Assembly (NCBI GenBank): GCA_040954595.2
Contig: CM082577.2
Span: 9,077,846 to 9,141,845, forward strand
Length of the DNA: 64,000 bases
Source of the DNA: Balanoglossus misakiensis
Taxonomy: Eukaryota; Animalia; Hemichordata
Direction of reading: 5' to 3'
Notes under the pieces: generated by a model
The model's input: the letters and a program-made list of their open reading frames with translations, nothing else
The model's database searches: none
What the model was told of the DNA's origin: nothing
Made by a program: the position numbers and the translations under genes
Shown here: piece by piece, positions 33,205-59,100 of the stretch
Layout: every line of letters starts with the position of its first letter
How positions within the stretch are numbered: position 1 is the first letter of the stretch

Positions 33205-36200
33205 TAAGAAGTAAGTAAAGAAGGAAGGAAGGAAGGAAGTAAATACTAAGTAAAACGTAAGAAAATAAGTAAATAAATAAATAAATAATTATTTAACCAA
33301 TCGATAAAACAATACAAATAAATGAATGATCCATTGATGTGTAGAAGTGCTCCTGCAAACATGAATTCATCGCGCCAGTATGCGGCAACTTACATTTTAT
33401 GAGTGACAATAGTTGCTGCCGTGTCCTCTTGCAAGTTGATGGTGGCATAATCGAGGGCGTTCTGATTGCTGTCATTCAGGGCAGTGGCATTGGCGCCGCT
33501 ATCCAGCAGTAACTTGGTAACGGCCGCATGGCCGTTGGCGGCGCTCAGATGCAAGGGCGTGTTCTGGTAGAAACATTGAAGAAATTGAATACAAGTCAGA
33601 AATGCGGCGCTTTACTAAGACATCTCGACATATTGAAAGACCATGAAATATAATTCTTTTAAAGTGGGAAATATAATACTTTTAAAGTGACTTTGTGCTT
33701 ATAATTGAATTTTTTGTTCAACAACACAGACAGATACATCAAACGAGAATATCTGGAAGATCCAGATGACATGCTTGTGTGCGACCGACTTTCAGGTTGA
33801 GGTATCTATTCTTTCAAAGTTGTCCTACCCTGTTCTTATCAACAGCGTCGATGTCTGCGTGGTTTTTCAACAGCACTTTGACGGTATCGAGTTGTCCTTC
33901 TTTGGCTGCAAGTGCCAGCGCTGTACGGCGGTTCTCGTCCCTGCAAATGATTTTGTACATGTTCTTAATTATAAAACAAACACATAAACATGTACACATA
34001 GCAACAACATGAATATTCATCATGAATTGTGCAGCTCATTTCTAGCAACCATCGCATCAGGGTGAGGTTGCAGTTGCTATCGCCTTCAAATAATTGATCT
34101 TTCTTTCTTGACTTACTTGCTGCTAATGTCGGCCCCCACTTTGAGTAGGCATTGGACCACCTTGTCGTGACCCCTCTCTGAAGCCAGGAGCAAAGGCGTG
34201 TTACCGTCTACGTCGTCATCGTTAATTTTTGTGGGCGTCGCTTCGGCCAATAATCGCACGCATTCCACGCATCCATTCCTGGAAGCCAGAACAGTAAATC
34301 GATAGATGAAATAACATAATAGTGAGTAATTTTCGAGAGTATTCCTAAAAGATAAGCAAAATGGACGAGACGCGGTAGACAACGGGGTATGCTTAAGTAA
34401 AACACGATAGCCGCTTTCAATTTTCAAAGAAGTTGAATCATTATAGTTAATGCTAGTAATTGGGATAAAATCTTTGAATATGAAAAATTGAATGACGTCA
34501 CTTACTGAGCAGCTACATGAAGAGGTAGTCGTTCATCGCTATCTTTCCAATAGACGTCAGCTTTCAATTCGAGCAGGAGACTTAATATCTGATCAACAGG
34601 TAGAGGGATGGGTAAAAAAGAGAAATCATGACGAATTAGAAGTAACCCTTTGAACAGCGTGTCTTACTTTACATATCATATATGATTTTCCGCTCATTGT
34701 GAGATCTCGCGAGACTTGGTCAATAACCTTAGCAATGGGTTGATAGCCAATTAATGCATGCCAAGAGTTTTGTATGAAACTAGAATAGGTGTAGAGGTTA
34801 ACAAATATCGTAACTTTGGGCCATTTAACACGATGAGCCGCGTGTTATACATGTAAGTCATGTGTCAAATGAGAATGACGTGAGATCTCGCAGGGTCTCG
34901 TGGAATTCAGAAAATGGCCTATCACCACTCTGCGTCTGGGATTTTACCTTCGTATTGCCAGACTCCGCCGCGTAGTGCATCGGGGTCTGCTCCTTCTTGT
35001 CTTTCCTGTCCAGCAGCTGCGCCCCGCCGTTGCCCAGCAACATCTTGGTGAAGTCGTAGTGGTTGCCTTCCACCGCCCAGTGTAGGCAGGTCTTCATGTC
35101 TCGGTCGCTGGCCGTGATGTCGGCGCCCTTCTGCATGAGATACTGCGCCGCGCAGCTCTGGCCTTTCCAGGCGGCGGCCAACAGCGTGGTGAAGAACTCG
35201 AGGTCACGTGATTCGAGAAGCGCCCCCTGGAAGGGAGAGGGAGGGAAGAGAGAGAGAGGGAGAGGTGGAGAGCAAACCGAATGTGGGGATGAGATCAGAT
35301 ACGATGGCAGCTAGATTGGAACTTGTTTGGTAGAACTAACAAAACAAGGCTAATGGACCAAACGCCAGCTCCGTCGATTACCACTGAAGCTACCCTTCCG
35401 TTCGTCAGAGTATAAAAACGGGTATTGCTTTTTCCTGTTGAATGCGTCTATCTGAATTAGATTTAATTCAATGCAGCTACAGACGTTGGAGTTGCTTAGG
35501 ATTTACTTTTGTTCATCGCCGATATAGATACTTAAAACTAACAGCATCAAATGAAATGTTCAGCCCATCATCACATCACACGGCGCAGTTTTCAATAACT
35601 CTTTTTCACTCGCAATGCGCATGCACGTGTACTAAAACAAAATGGATTGCACAATTACCTTTTTGAAAAGAAATTTAATCACGTCCATACGACCATACAT
35701 GACAGCCCTGCAAAAATAACAAAGTCATGAGATCACTGGGATATAGTCATTTTAACCCGGAGACACAGGCGTAGTAGGGCTATAGTCATTTATAATACAG
35801 TGAGCCATCAAACAGGATGGCATGTTTAATAAGGAGACAACAATTTGAAAAATCAGATAACAGGGGTTCCAACGAATAGTTTTTAAATATAACGGATTTA
35901 CAGGAAGTGTTCTTCATGGCACCTTTACTACTGAATTATTATATGACATAAAAAAAACCACGCCAAATGGAAATAATTCAGTATAGTACACACGTATAGC
36001 TATGAACAGAACGGCGTATGGCGCATGACCATGACGTCACAGCAACGCCGGGCATGACGTCACAGCAACGCCGGGACTCACCTGTGTAGGGGCGTCATGT
36101 GTTCCCCGTCCTTGGCGTTCACCTTTGCCCCCTTGGCGATGAGCACGCTGGCCAGGTCGACGTTGCCAGAGACAGCGGCGATGTGCAGACACGTGAAGCC

Positions 36201-39200
36201 GTTGTGTTTGGTGCACTCGACGTCTGCCCCCAAGTCTAAGAAAAGCTTCGCTACCTGTCGAATAACCAATTCCGTTTTAATCGTTAGTTTAGTTTAGTAT
36301 GTGAACTGAGACGCTTCTATCAGTACGAACTTGCACAATTTGTTGCTCGTTGTAATTAAGATAAGTAGGGTATTCGCGAAGTACTGATGGACTAGAGACA
36401 GTGATATGTTGTTGGTGTTGTTTTGTCACATATCAAATTCGACGCCGCCTTTCTGTCATTCTTACCTGCATGTGGCCAGTAGCAACCGCTAAATGCAGAG
36501 AGGTGCTTCCTTCATCGTCAGCATCTGTCAAGAAGTCTTCCGCTGGTATGCCTTTTTCTTCACCTAGTTGTTGTATATAATTTGGGCAGTCAAGCGGGCA
36601 CATACAATAGACAGACGTTAAGACACACTGATACACGGACAAATATGCATTTCCCATAGTAGCCGCTCAACAATACTCGATAATACTTAATAAAAAACAG
36701 ATACAAAATTTCCTACCGACTTCAAAGAGAAACTTGATGGTTTCGAAATTTCCTCGAATGGCGGCGAACATGAGCGGAGTGATGTCGTTGATTTCTTTCG
36801 CCCTGACGTCAGCACCGTGTTCGACCTAAACATCATTGGAGTAGAGAATGTGGACACGCATTTAGCATAGATATGACAGCACATTTTTTGGCGAAACGGT
36901 GTGGAAAAAAAAGACGTTGTAAAACGTCTACTCCTGCAGTAAAATATATTCCGACATTTAATTGGACAAGACGTAGTTTAATGAGACAGTGTGGAATTTT
37001 GTGCAGCCGATCAAAAGCAGTGGGAAGTAAAAGTTAGTCAACGTACCCGACATGTATTACATGTATATATTCGTGGGAAATTATGAGTTTCCGAGTGATC
37101 GAATCAACAACAGATCGGAACAAACAGCTAGGCGAACTCGTTGAGTTAAAAATTAGCGTTTGGACCAAAAAAAATTGTGCTCGGAGTAATCAACAGAACA
37201 CGACTTTCAACTTTAGTGGTTTCTTGACAAGACTATAGGTGCGAACGGTCATCGCACGGCTCTTACCAAAACTTTACACAGGTCAACGTTTCCCTGCATG
37301 GCCGCCTGGTGTAATGGCGTCATCTGATCGTAGTCCCTGACATTGACGTCCGCGTCCTTGGCAACCAATAGAACCTGAAAAAAACACATGGAATCGGATC
37401 GTGAGGAATATATCCACCGGGCCAACGCAATGGAGGTCTGCTATCTGCCGACCGGGCATTGTATAGGTAGAGATTGGAGGAACATAATATACTATTAAAC
37501 GGCGTATTATTATGATGACCGGCACTATATTGTAACTATGGTTACATGTTTGATGACGACACCTTTAGCAAAAGTAATTTATTAACGTTCTCTGAAGTAC
37601 ATATGGGGAAAAAGAGTAACTATCCAAATCGTTTCAAAATACCATAAAAGCAAAACTCCTGAAAAATTGGCCAAACAGGTGCTTACTATACACTCGGAAA
37701 CATCGCCGAACTTACTCGTATGAAAAACATGAACACCAAACAAGTCCAAGTATAGTGACAAGCCACCCACCTCTGTGGCCTCTCTGTGACCTTTCTTGGC
37801 GCTAAGGTGGATGGGAACCATTCCGTTGATGTCTCGGAAATTGACTTCGGCGCCGTACTTCAGCAGCACCTTCATCACGGACGTGTAGTTTCTCTTGGCC
37901 GCCACGTGAAGCGGCGTGATCTGGTACTCTTGGATTCGCACTGCCGGGTCTGCAATCGATGTCATGCGCAGTATACAATGTATTAGGATGACTGTCAGAA
38001 CCAACTTGTCGTCAACGCGCTAGAATCGGGTCTACACATTTCTGTGTTTTTATATAATGATTATTTTGAGCGGAAATATCGCTATCGTGTACACGTATAC
38101 ATATATATACGTGCGGGAATTTCAGCGTTGCAGACGTCTTAAGTATACTACTGAGATAATTGAGGCATATCTGTGAAATGATTGTGATATCTCCTGCTTG
38201 TTTTTGACATTTTGCTGCATTGGTAAACCCACGAGCTGTGTAAAAAGACGTCAGGTATCTGTGTAAAATGACGTCACATATCCTCACCGGCGCCTTGGTT
38301 CAGAAGTTCCTCCACTGCGTCTTCGTTGTTGTACCTCACAGCGTAGTGCAGCGGCGCCGCCCCGTTGACGTCAGTTTTGTTCAGCAAACCCGGCGTGAAC
38401 AACATCACGTTCTGTATGACGTCAGCTCTTCCCGCGCGTGCAGCCTATGGGACGACAAACAGAGGTGCAGAGAAAGATGGAGGCAAAGACAAAAACAATC
38501 ACAGGTGTAGTGACACGGACAAAGGTGGAGAAGCGCCGTTGTGTTGTGTGAAATAAAAGAGGCCAAAAAACGTGTAACTGTGAAAGTTGTTCTTTTAAAT
38601 GTAAGGAATCCGTCACCCTCGGCCAATTTGGCGCAGACCTTCAGAGTTAACCTTCCTGCAGAGCTTTAGATGTGCAAATGCGAGCATTGGGACCAGTGTG
38701 ACAATGAAAATCCTTTGTTATTACATACAAAAGTGTTGGCTTCTGCAAAAACAACTGGACAGTTTTCAGCTCTTTGTCTGAAATTCGACATCTGTAAAAT
38801 GAGTTTGGACCCGCCGTTTTGTTTTGAGCTTTAGACATAATAACAAATTCATCTCTCTATACACTGCACCTGTGTCGACCGTCACGGTGACTACTTGAAG
38901 TTGAAAACATTAGGCCGAAATGTCTTCAATGTCAGATGTTGTTTTGATCATTTCCACAGTCTATAATCGCTTACGACATTGGCTTATAGTAAAATGTACG
39001 TCTCTTTGTTAGGTTAAGTGGCGACGTCGTTTGATGATGTCGACCAAGCGTACTATATTGGCATACCGCGGCCAAATGTTTGCCATACCTGCCAAATAGT
39101 CATCGATTCGTCGTCATCCTCCATCTCCTCCCGAAGCGTGCCTTCCATTCCGATGAGCAAACTCTTAAGGAGTCCGTCGTTTCGAAGCCTCGAGGATCGG

Positions 39201-39367
39201 CGAGACGACCTTCTCTTTCTGCCGACATTGTTGTTCTCTGCCTGCGTCCCAGGCCGCGATTTCTCTTTCGCGTCAGCGCCTTTCGAGTCGATCACCGACA
39301 GCTCGACGGCCACGGGGTTCGCAAACACGACGCCGCCGTTCGCACCATTTCCAATATGCTTGTCCAT
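26964..39367 (-). CDS. TRPA1: TRPA1-like ankyrin-repeat cation channel, tandem copy B (26 exons, complete)
   Basis: Exon 1 at 39089-39367 (…ESMTIWQ|GT); ankyrin exons at ~33394-38444; linker exons at 32806-32949, 32431-32514 and 32146-32218 (TMVHYGRGNLLMHEVCQTLLTYKW); TM exons at 29288-31548 with pore MTVGEMDY; VGIAVGDI exon at ~29098-29166; C-terminal exons at 28768-28876, 28046-28180 and 26964-27096. Same intron positions as copy A. Confidence 0.9.
28261..28512 (+). mobile_element. Dispersed ~250-bp MITE-like repeat, copy 1
   Basis: Shares ATTGCGAGATCTCGCGAGA.TTGGT..AT.AC.GTAGCAACGGGTTG, GCCGTTTAA.ACGATG and a terminal GAGATCTC…GGAAAATGG block with 34684-34918 and 42905-43090 (reverse); imperfect inverted ends. 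Confidence 0.65.
30783..30844. repeat. (ATC)n microsatellite
   Basis: Visible ATC array in a copy B intron. Confidence 0.9.
32982..33290. repeat. Compound (TAAA)/(TAAT)/(TAAG)/(GAAG) microsatellite
   Basis: Visible tetranucleotide arrays in a copy B intron. Confidence 0.9.
34684..34918 (+). mobile_element. Dispersed ~250-bp MITE-like repeat, copy 2
   Basis: Homologous to 28261-28512 (GAGATCTCGCGAGACTTGGTCAATAACCTTAGCAATGGGTTG … GAGATCTCGCAGGGTCTCGTGGAATTCAGAAAATGG). Confidence 0.65.
36030..36075. repeat. Perfect 2 x 23-bp tandem repeat, each unit containing TGACGTCA (CRE)
   Basis: CATGACGTCACAGCAACGCCGGG twice, next to the copy B exon 7 donor. Confidence 0.85.
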
Positions 39368-40831
39368 GATCTCTCAGCGGAGAACAAACATCGCCGTTCT
39401 GGATCTGATAAACTTCTTTACACTTTCACTCGCGTCGACACCACAGCTACCTTTGTTTCCTTGAAGCCTGGTACAGCTTGCGCCCAAGTGTAAACCGGAT
39501 TACGTAACCCAGGACGACACGGGTTGTCGCGCGTCTTTGGGCATGTACCAGACTTGTACCGACGTACTCTATGTACTGTTACGCATGCTTTGAATAACAA
39601 ATCCACTCAAGGTTATTATGGAAGGGCACAATGGAGTGCGAGACAGGATTTAAGTGTTCACCACGTGACGAATGATTTGACGTGTTGACAAATAGGCCGG
39701 ACACAGACGTACACTTTTATATCAAGACTTGTTCATATTATGAATACTGTACATATAATACTATGCTGTATGATCATTTGATACCAAATCCATCCGTGTC
39801 TTGGCAACAAGAAGTGTACCAGTTTTCGTCAGCCTTCATTTCATTTAACAAACTACGCAAACGGTAAAATCGTCAGGATGTGATACATTTAACACGCAGA
39901 CTCTCTTCATTCGGTAATAACTTAAGGCTAATTTATTCATTATGCTTGATTCTAGTAATAGTTGAGTTCATAAATATTTATTGCTCAAAGTCAGACAAAC
40001 TTCTAAACCGACGTCTTCAATGTCAAGATGACAAGCTGAGCTGATTTCCGGTACAACATCTCGAGAATTACACGTCTGAAGATTCTTTGGCATTTAATTG
40101 TCGTAGGTCAAATTCACTCCATGCGTTGCATAGAAAAAATACCTTGATAACTATACATGTATAATAAATGTAATAAATCACCGATAAACGTCTTGCTGCA
40201 AAGAACCACTGCTTGTGGTATAAAACAAGGTACATTGTATTTGGTAAAATGTATATTGCACGGGATTATGAGCTGTCAATATCACAGTTCGTCTTAGCTG
40301 ATAAAATAAAGCTATTATTGTCCACAATTTTCTTATATTTAATAACTTAAAACTGATATGCGTTATATCTCTGAAAATCAAAGTTAATTAATTAACTTAT
40401 ACCAAATTAGAGTATGAATATCTAACCCGAATGTAAATGTCAGTCAAGGCCCGGATGTTAATCCTATATCGCTTAGCACTACTATCAACATAAGCCAATT
40501 TTTGAGTAAAGGGTGCGTGTCTGAATGTGCTCGTGACCATGTTGTGGCGCTCGCTTTTCGCGTGGCCCACCAAGAAAAATATCTGATTGGTTAGATCAAC
40601 GGTATCCGTATTGTCTATTATCTATTTTACAGGTGACATTGAGCCTTCAATTGAGATGTTTAGCTTAGTTTACACGAACTATGTGCATTAGTGACGTACG
40701 TGTATCTGTGATAAGAGCACGATCGAAATAAACGGCTTAGTTGTGTGTTTTAAATTGTTTTCATACAAAAGATTAGGAAAATGTGAAAATCTGTCCCCGC
40801 GGCGAGGAGCGTAAATATCTCTATAGTTGAA

Positions 40832-53633
<12,802 letters not shown>

Positions 53634-56180
53634 ATTGTCTCGTCACGGGCACGGGGAGTAGTGACCGTGCTCTTTGACCTGCGGGCGGCCCGGCTCCCTG
53701 TAAGTGAATCGATCGACAGAGACGCGCAACGGTCAAAAAGAATTCATTTGTCTTCAGTGTGTCGCGGCCGTGACAATAATAAAACTGACGTATAGCCAAC
53801 TCGCATTCTTATGGTCACGCAAGCGCGCCCGTTGAGTGTAACATAACTCCGTCTCACCAGAGCATGTCCCTCAAACTACCGACGTATAAATAGGAACGCG
53901 GGCCGTCAGAGAACAGGGTAAAAATTGACATAATCCAGACGTGAAGCGTACCTACCCTCACAAGTTAGCAGACTTGCCGTCCCCGATCCAACACAAGCCC
54001 CTGCTCTTCGCCGTTGTGCTCCGAGAATTTATGTGTATACATTCACTTTCCAACTTTACGTAATTTCCCAACGCATTGCTTCCGTACAGTCATTGCCGAT
54101 ATCTGTCTTGAGGGATCTATGTCGCTTGCCCAGACCTGATGATGCCCAGCACCGGGACAGCGTCACCACAGTACGGTCGGTCGGTCACAACACTGCGCGA
54201 TCCAGTTCTCTGTGAACCGCCCGCCTCGCCGACAACCGCCTACGGGGCGCGATGACACTGTTTACGTATGAATATTCATCATGTCTTGCGCAAAAGTCAG
54301 GCATGCACGACCGGGTTAATACAAAAACAGCAGTCGACGTCGACGCTGTCCTCGTCCGAAATTGTCTCTCGCCTACTTGCCTCGCAAAATGTCTTTGTCT
54401 CTAGGCTTTTGGATATACCAAAAATGCGTAAAAAATACATTTAGTAATGACATATGAGCAGCATATGATGTCACCGTGCCTTTCATTGTTTTCCAGCATT
54501 TGATCATTTGTTTGTCCTCGCGTCTGGAAACGCGCGTCTATAAATATAACAGGGCAATAGAGAAAGCCACGTATTTAGAGTTGAAAGCGAATTAACGCGC
54601 ACAATGAAATGCATGCTTTTGAAAGAATTCTGTCGTACACGAAGAATACATATTATACAATTAACCTTCTCGAACGTCAACAAATAACATTGATGTCAAC
54701 GCCCAGTATCTACGACCATAGATAGTCTATGCTACGACACAGTTATATCCCATACTTTCGAACCGAACATTGAGTGAATACTTTGCTGCGAAGCTTATAG
54801 GCCTTAATAATGACTTGGGCCAGCAAAAACATTTCGTTATAACTGTCATGCAAGCGACCAAGCATGTGATACGAGAGCCAAAAGTTCACGTAACATTTAA
54901 AGTTCATGGCGGTTTTAGGAGACCTTGACCAAGCTAAAAATACATGTTCCTCACAGTTGCACATAAGGGGTATGTTGTTGGCACCCATCCCCCAATGTTA
55001 TCTTATCTGGAAACCGTCATGTTATGTTTCGAAAATCGCTTTGCTAAATGTAAGATATACTGACTCAGGGCCCAGGGACTGATGGCCAGACTACGATTAG
55101 TTAACGCGATTAATTCTATGCTGTGTCCTGTTGCCTTATTAGCGAGCATCGCGCAGGCGGCACAAAATAACTGTGACATATTGATTGATGGATTAGCCGC
55201 AACTGCTGGCTAGTTGAAAACAACAGTGTAAACATGAAAGATATTTATAGTTTTATTAAATGTGCCACGCCCATGTTTTTTTTTTTATGGCAGCCAGTAT
55301 TTACTGGAGAAATCGAGTTTCGTTAACTTACAAATATTGCTTGTCATCGTAAGATTCATGGAGGAAAGAGAGAAAAAACGGCGACAATTTACAAACTATA
55401 AAATTATGTAGTTTTCGAGCACAAAATCAAAGGAAAAACTTCGCGTTTTAACATGCTGAAAGCCAACCATAGAGGGGTAATTTGGCCATCATGAAATTAG
55501 GGGCGTTCACAATGCCATTGCCAAATATAAGACGCATGGTTAGTCGATACAGTTAAACAAATGGGGGAAATCTATCCTTTTCAGCAAACTTGTCAAAACC
55601 AGCTTTTTTTCATTCTGGGTCATTCCGCCCCCAAATGCAAGATTATGTTTTGAGAAACCTTAATATGGGGAGGGATATCCCATTTCTACTCGCGCATAAG
55701 ACTGCGCATGGGATTTCACACTCTTTCCCCGGAGCCGAGCCTTGCTGACATTTATTGCAGAACAAACCAAAATTAAATTCTCGTATTCATGAAATTTATT
55801 TGCAGTATGAAATACATTAAGTGACAAAAAAATTTGACGAACTACATGTACACGCAATGTATTGGTACTTTACATATGGACATCATCAGAATTCGTATGT
55901 ATAGCAAATGATGTAAATGTTTTTCAAAAGAAAACTGCAGATCGAAATATGACAGCAGTTTGGTACAAGATGCATTCAATTTATATACACATTTGTATTA
56001 ATTCATAATCCTCTAGATGTAAATTTATGCAAAATGTAAATGTCGGCGATTAGTTAGCTTAAATAAATATTAATTTGGTATAATGATAACATCTATAAAA
56101 TTGACGATTTAAAATTTTCTTTGATGCTGAATTGCTCCGAATAATACTAGCGTCGTTATTCTAAAACTATGAAGAATAAA

Positions 56181-59100
56181 TTAATTAACGTTTGACAAGT
56201 CCTTGATAGCTCTAAACTCCGCTTCGTCGTATTTGACGCTGATTTTGTCCGCCATCTTTTGCAGCAGGCTACTGTGCAAGTCCAACATCCGGGTCAATAA
56301 CCGCTGACGTTTCTCGACTCTGTAGGAATAGAAGTGAGGGGAGATTTTGTTTACTGAAACAGATTTCCCCCTCTTAACTCCACAAAATCATATGGGCGTG
56401 GCTTAACCGCTTTCATCAAGGTGTGCAATGTGAAATTTGAAAGGCGGGTATATTCTTAGCATAGCACTCAGAATTGAGAGTTTGCATTGACATTTTCAGA
56501 CATATGTCTCATCTAACATTTGAATAATTTATTTAAATATCACCAGAGAGAACGTTGTGACGTGCCTGGTCCATTTTGTGACGTGTAGTGGCGTCGAGAT
56601 GATGGGGGGTTAAAATGATAACATACCTCAACCGAAATTCCTCCATGTCGTCAATCATAGCCTCGGCCTCTTCCGCTTCCGTTTTCGCTGATCTGTCCGT
56701 GCCCTCTACTTCACGAATCATTGTCGACAGACTGTCTTTGATCTGCCAGGGGAAATTGTAAAGGACGCTGAATTATACTCATTATGTTAGCAAAAACCCA
56801 GAAGAGAAGAATTTTCTAGAAGAATATCCGTCAGTAGGCTACAGATTTGAGCCCCAAACTAGTGATCAGGCCACCGCGACATGGGATTAGATGTCAAAAC
56901 CATACCTTGTTGCAGCAGCCACTTGCGTTCGGTTCAACCGTCAACACGGGTACGTATAACCTCCGCTGGATGAATTTAGGCAAACTCTTCTCCATGTGAG
57001 CCAACAGGTTCACCTACAGATCACAATAGACAGTGGGTTATTCAAATCAATACTGTGTGTTCTTCTAAATTTTCTATTTTCAGTGGTACTATCTATAAAT
57101 AACACTGAAATTACTCCCCAAACACAGAACATGGATAGGGATGACTTCCACTGTGAAAACGGGATTCTGTTGTGTTAAAGCAGTCTAAATAATGACAGAG
57201 ATTCACTGGGTAACTGCAGCTTGTCTTGCTCACCGAGCAATCAGCATTGTTATACTGGTGACAACTGAATTTTGGTCCGGACTAAAATTCAAACGTCATC
57301 AACAACAGATACGTTGGCCCTCCCCGGCGTTCTTACCTCCATTTCTAACTTTTCAATGGTGGCAGTCTTTCGCACCCCGTCAATGTCGCCTACAGCAACG
57401 CCAAGCTGCGGGGATAAAAGAAGCCATTAGCACAAATTTATATCAAGACACTTTTTGGTGATCGGACACTGACATTGCTGCGTTTTATTTCGACGTGAGG
57501 GACAACAGTCTGACCCTATAAACAGTAACGATGCGTTGTCGTTTGTTGTGCACAAATGGGATAAACTGATCACTACCCGAATGGAATATTCATAAACAAA
57601 TCACACATTCAAAGTACACGCATCTTTGACAGCAAGGTCGCACGTAGCCTCGTCCACCGTCGATATAGTTGTTTTCCCAGCACTCATCAGCCACAGCGCT
57701 GTCACCTGTCATATCAGAACAACCATCACGACCATTCAAGGAATAACAGATCTTGCAACGATTGAAAGGAAAATCATAGACTCACCATCAGATTCATCAA
57801 CACTATGGGCATGATGAAGGTGAACAGAATGAACATGACCAGCGATAAATCCTCCCATTTATTCAGATTCGGGTTCGGATTATAAAACAGATCTGCGTAG
57901 GACATCTCGCCAACGGTCATCACAATGGTTGTGACCAGAGCCCTTCCGAAGATGTTGAAACCGTCCTGGAGAGTAAAAAATGAATACGAGGCGTTTCATG
58001 GATGTTTCAAAATCACAAATGGGTGCGTCTTGCGTATATTGCTTCAGGAAATGAATGGGTCGTTCTTTATACAATCTTTGATAATTTGAACTTATTTTGT
58101 GGCTTTTCTTAATGTGATAATATTTCATCTTGATAACCAGGTTCTTTTGGCCCCTGTGGGTGAAGCCCGGGCACTAATAGATTGGACTCTGTCTATTCCT
58201 ATGTGTATGTCCGTCTCTCTGATCGTCCATTCATCCCCAGCCATCACTCAGACACACACCTGATTAGATCTCAAATTGTATAACAATGACTTCAAAGACA
58301 CTTACAAACGTTGCCAGTAACATGTAGAACGATAACGCGAAGCCGATGACAAAGAGAAGAAAAACCAGTCCGACCTATAGGAAAGGAAAAAATTACATCG
58401 TTTACCTTTGTTTTAGATATTTAAAAACGAAGTATGTATTTAGTGGTCGACAGATCCTGACTTAGGTGTATCGCATCAACTACAGTTCTCAACCGAAACG
58501 TCATGTCACCTATACGCAGTTCTATGAACAAGCGATACCTAATACTTCGCATTAAAAATATGAACAGTCGTTTGTCACGCTTATATACTCACCTTGACGA
58601 AGGACTTAAGAACTTTGAAAAACATGACGACGTACAAGCCGAAAATGCTAATCCTGAAATATAGAGAAATGGGCAGATAACCAATATGTATATTTGATGT
58701 AAGTGTTTTGATGAAAGTGGCATACACAATAACCGCTATTTTGAGGTGGATGACTTCCTTTTTTTCGCTGATTATTCCATTTTGGACGAAACATTATTTC
58801 AATGATGCCATTAGAACCGGAACAGGAAGTCAGTTTTTTTTGCGTGTGGGGTACATTGGAACTTCAAAGTGGCGAGTTTACCTTCTGAAGTAAAGAATCA
58901 GATTCAACCAGGACAGAAACAAAGCGATAGCTCCACTCGCCCATTGCCCGCTGCAGGGACGTTGACCAGGCGGTAATATGAAGTACAGTGCGCTTGCGTA
59001 CAACCCCCAATCCACCCAGTTTGATATCTCCATGAAATAATGATATCCCTACAATAAGAAAAACAGGGAGACAGTTTACACTACATGCACTAGTTAAAGC

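Noticed and set aside
57600-57705. Possible alternative exon after S6 in copy D (VTALWLMSAGKTTISTVDEATCDLAVKDACTLNV*)
   Set aside because: Weak pyrimidine tract, no similarity to the VGIAVGDI exon, and the canonical exon is present at 57337-57405; unsupported without RNA data.
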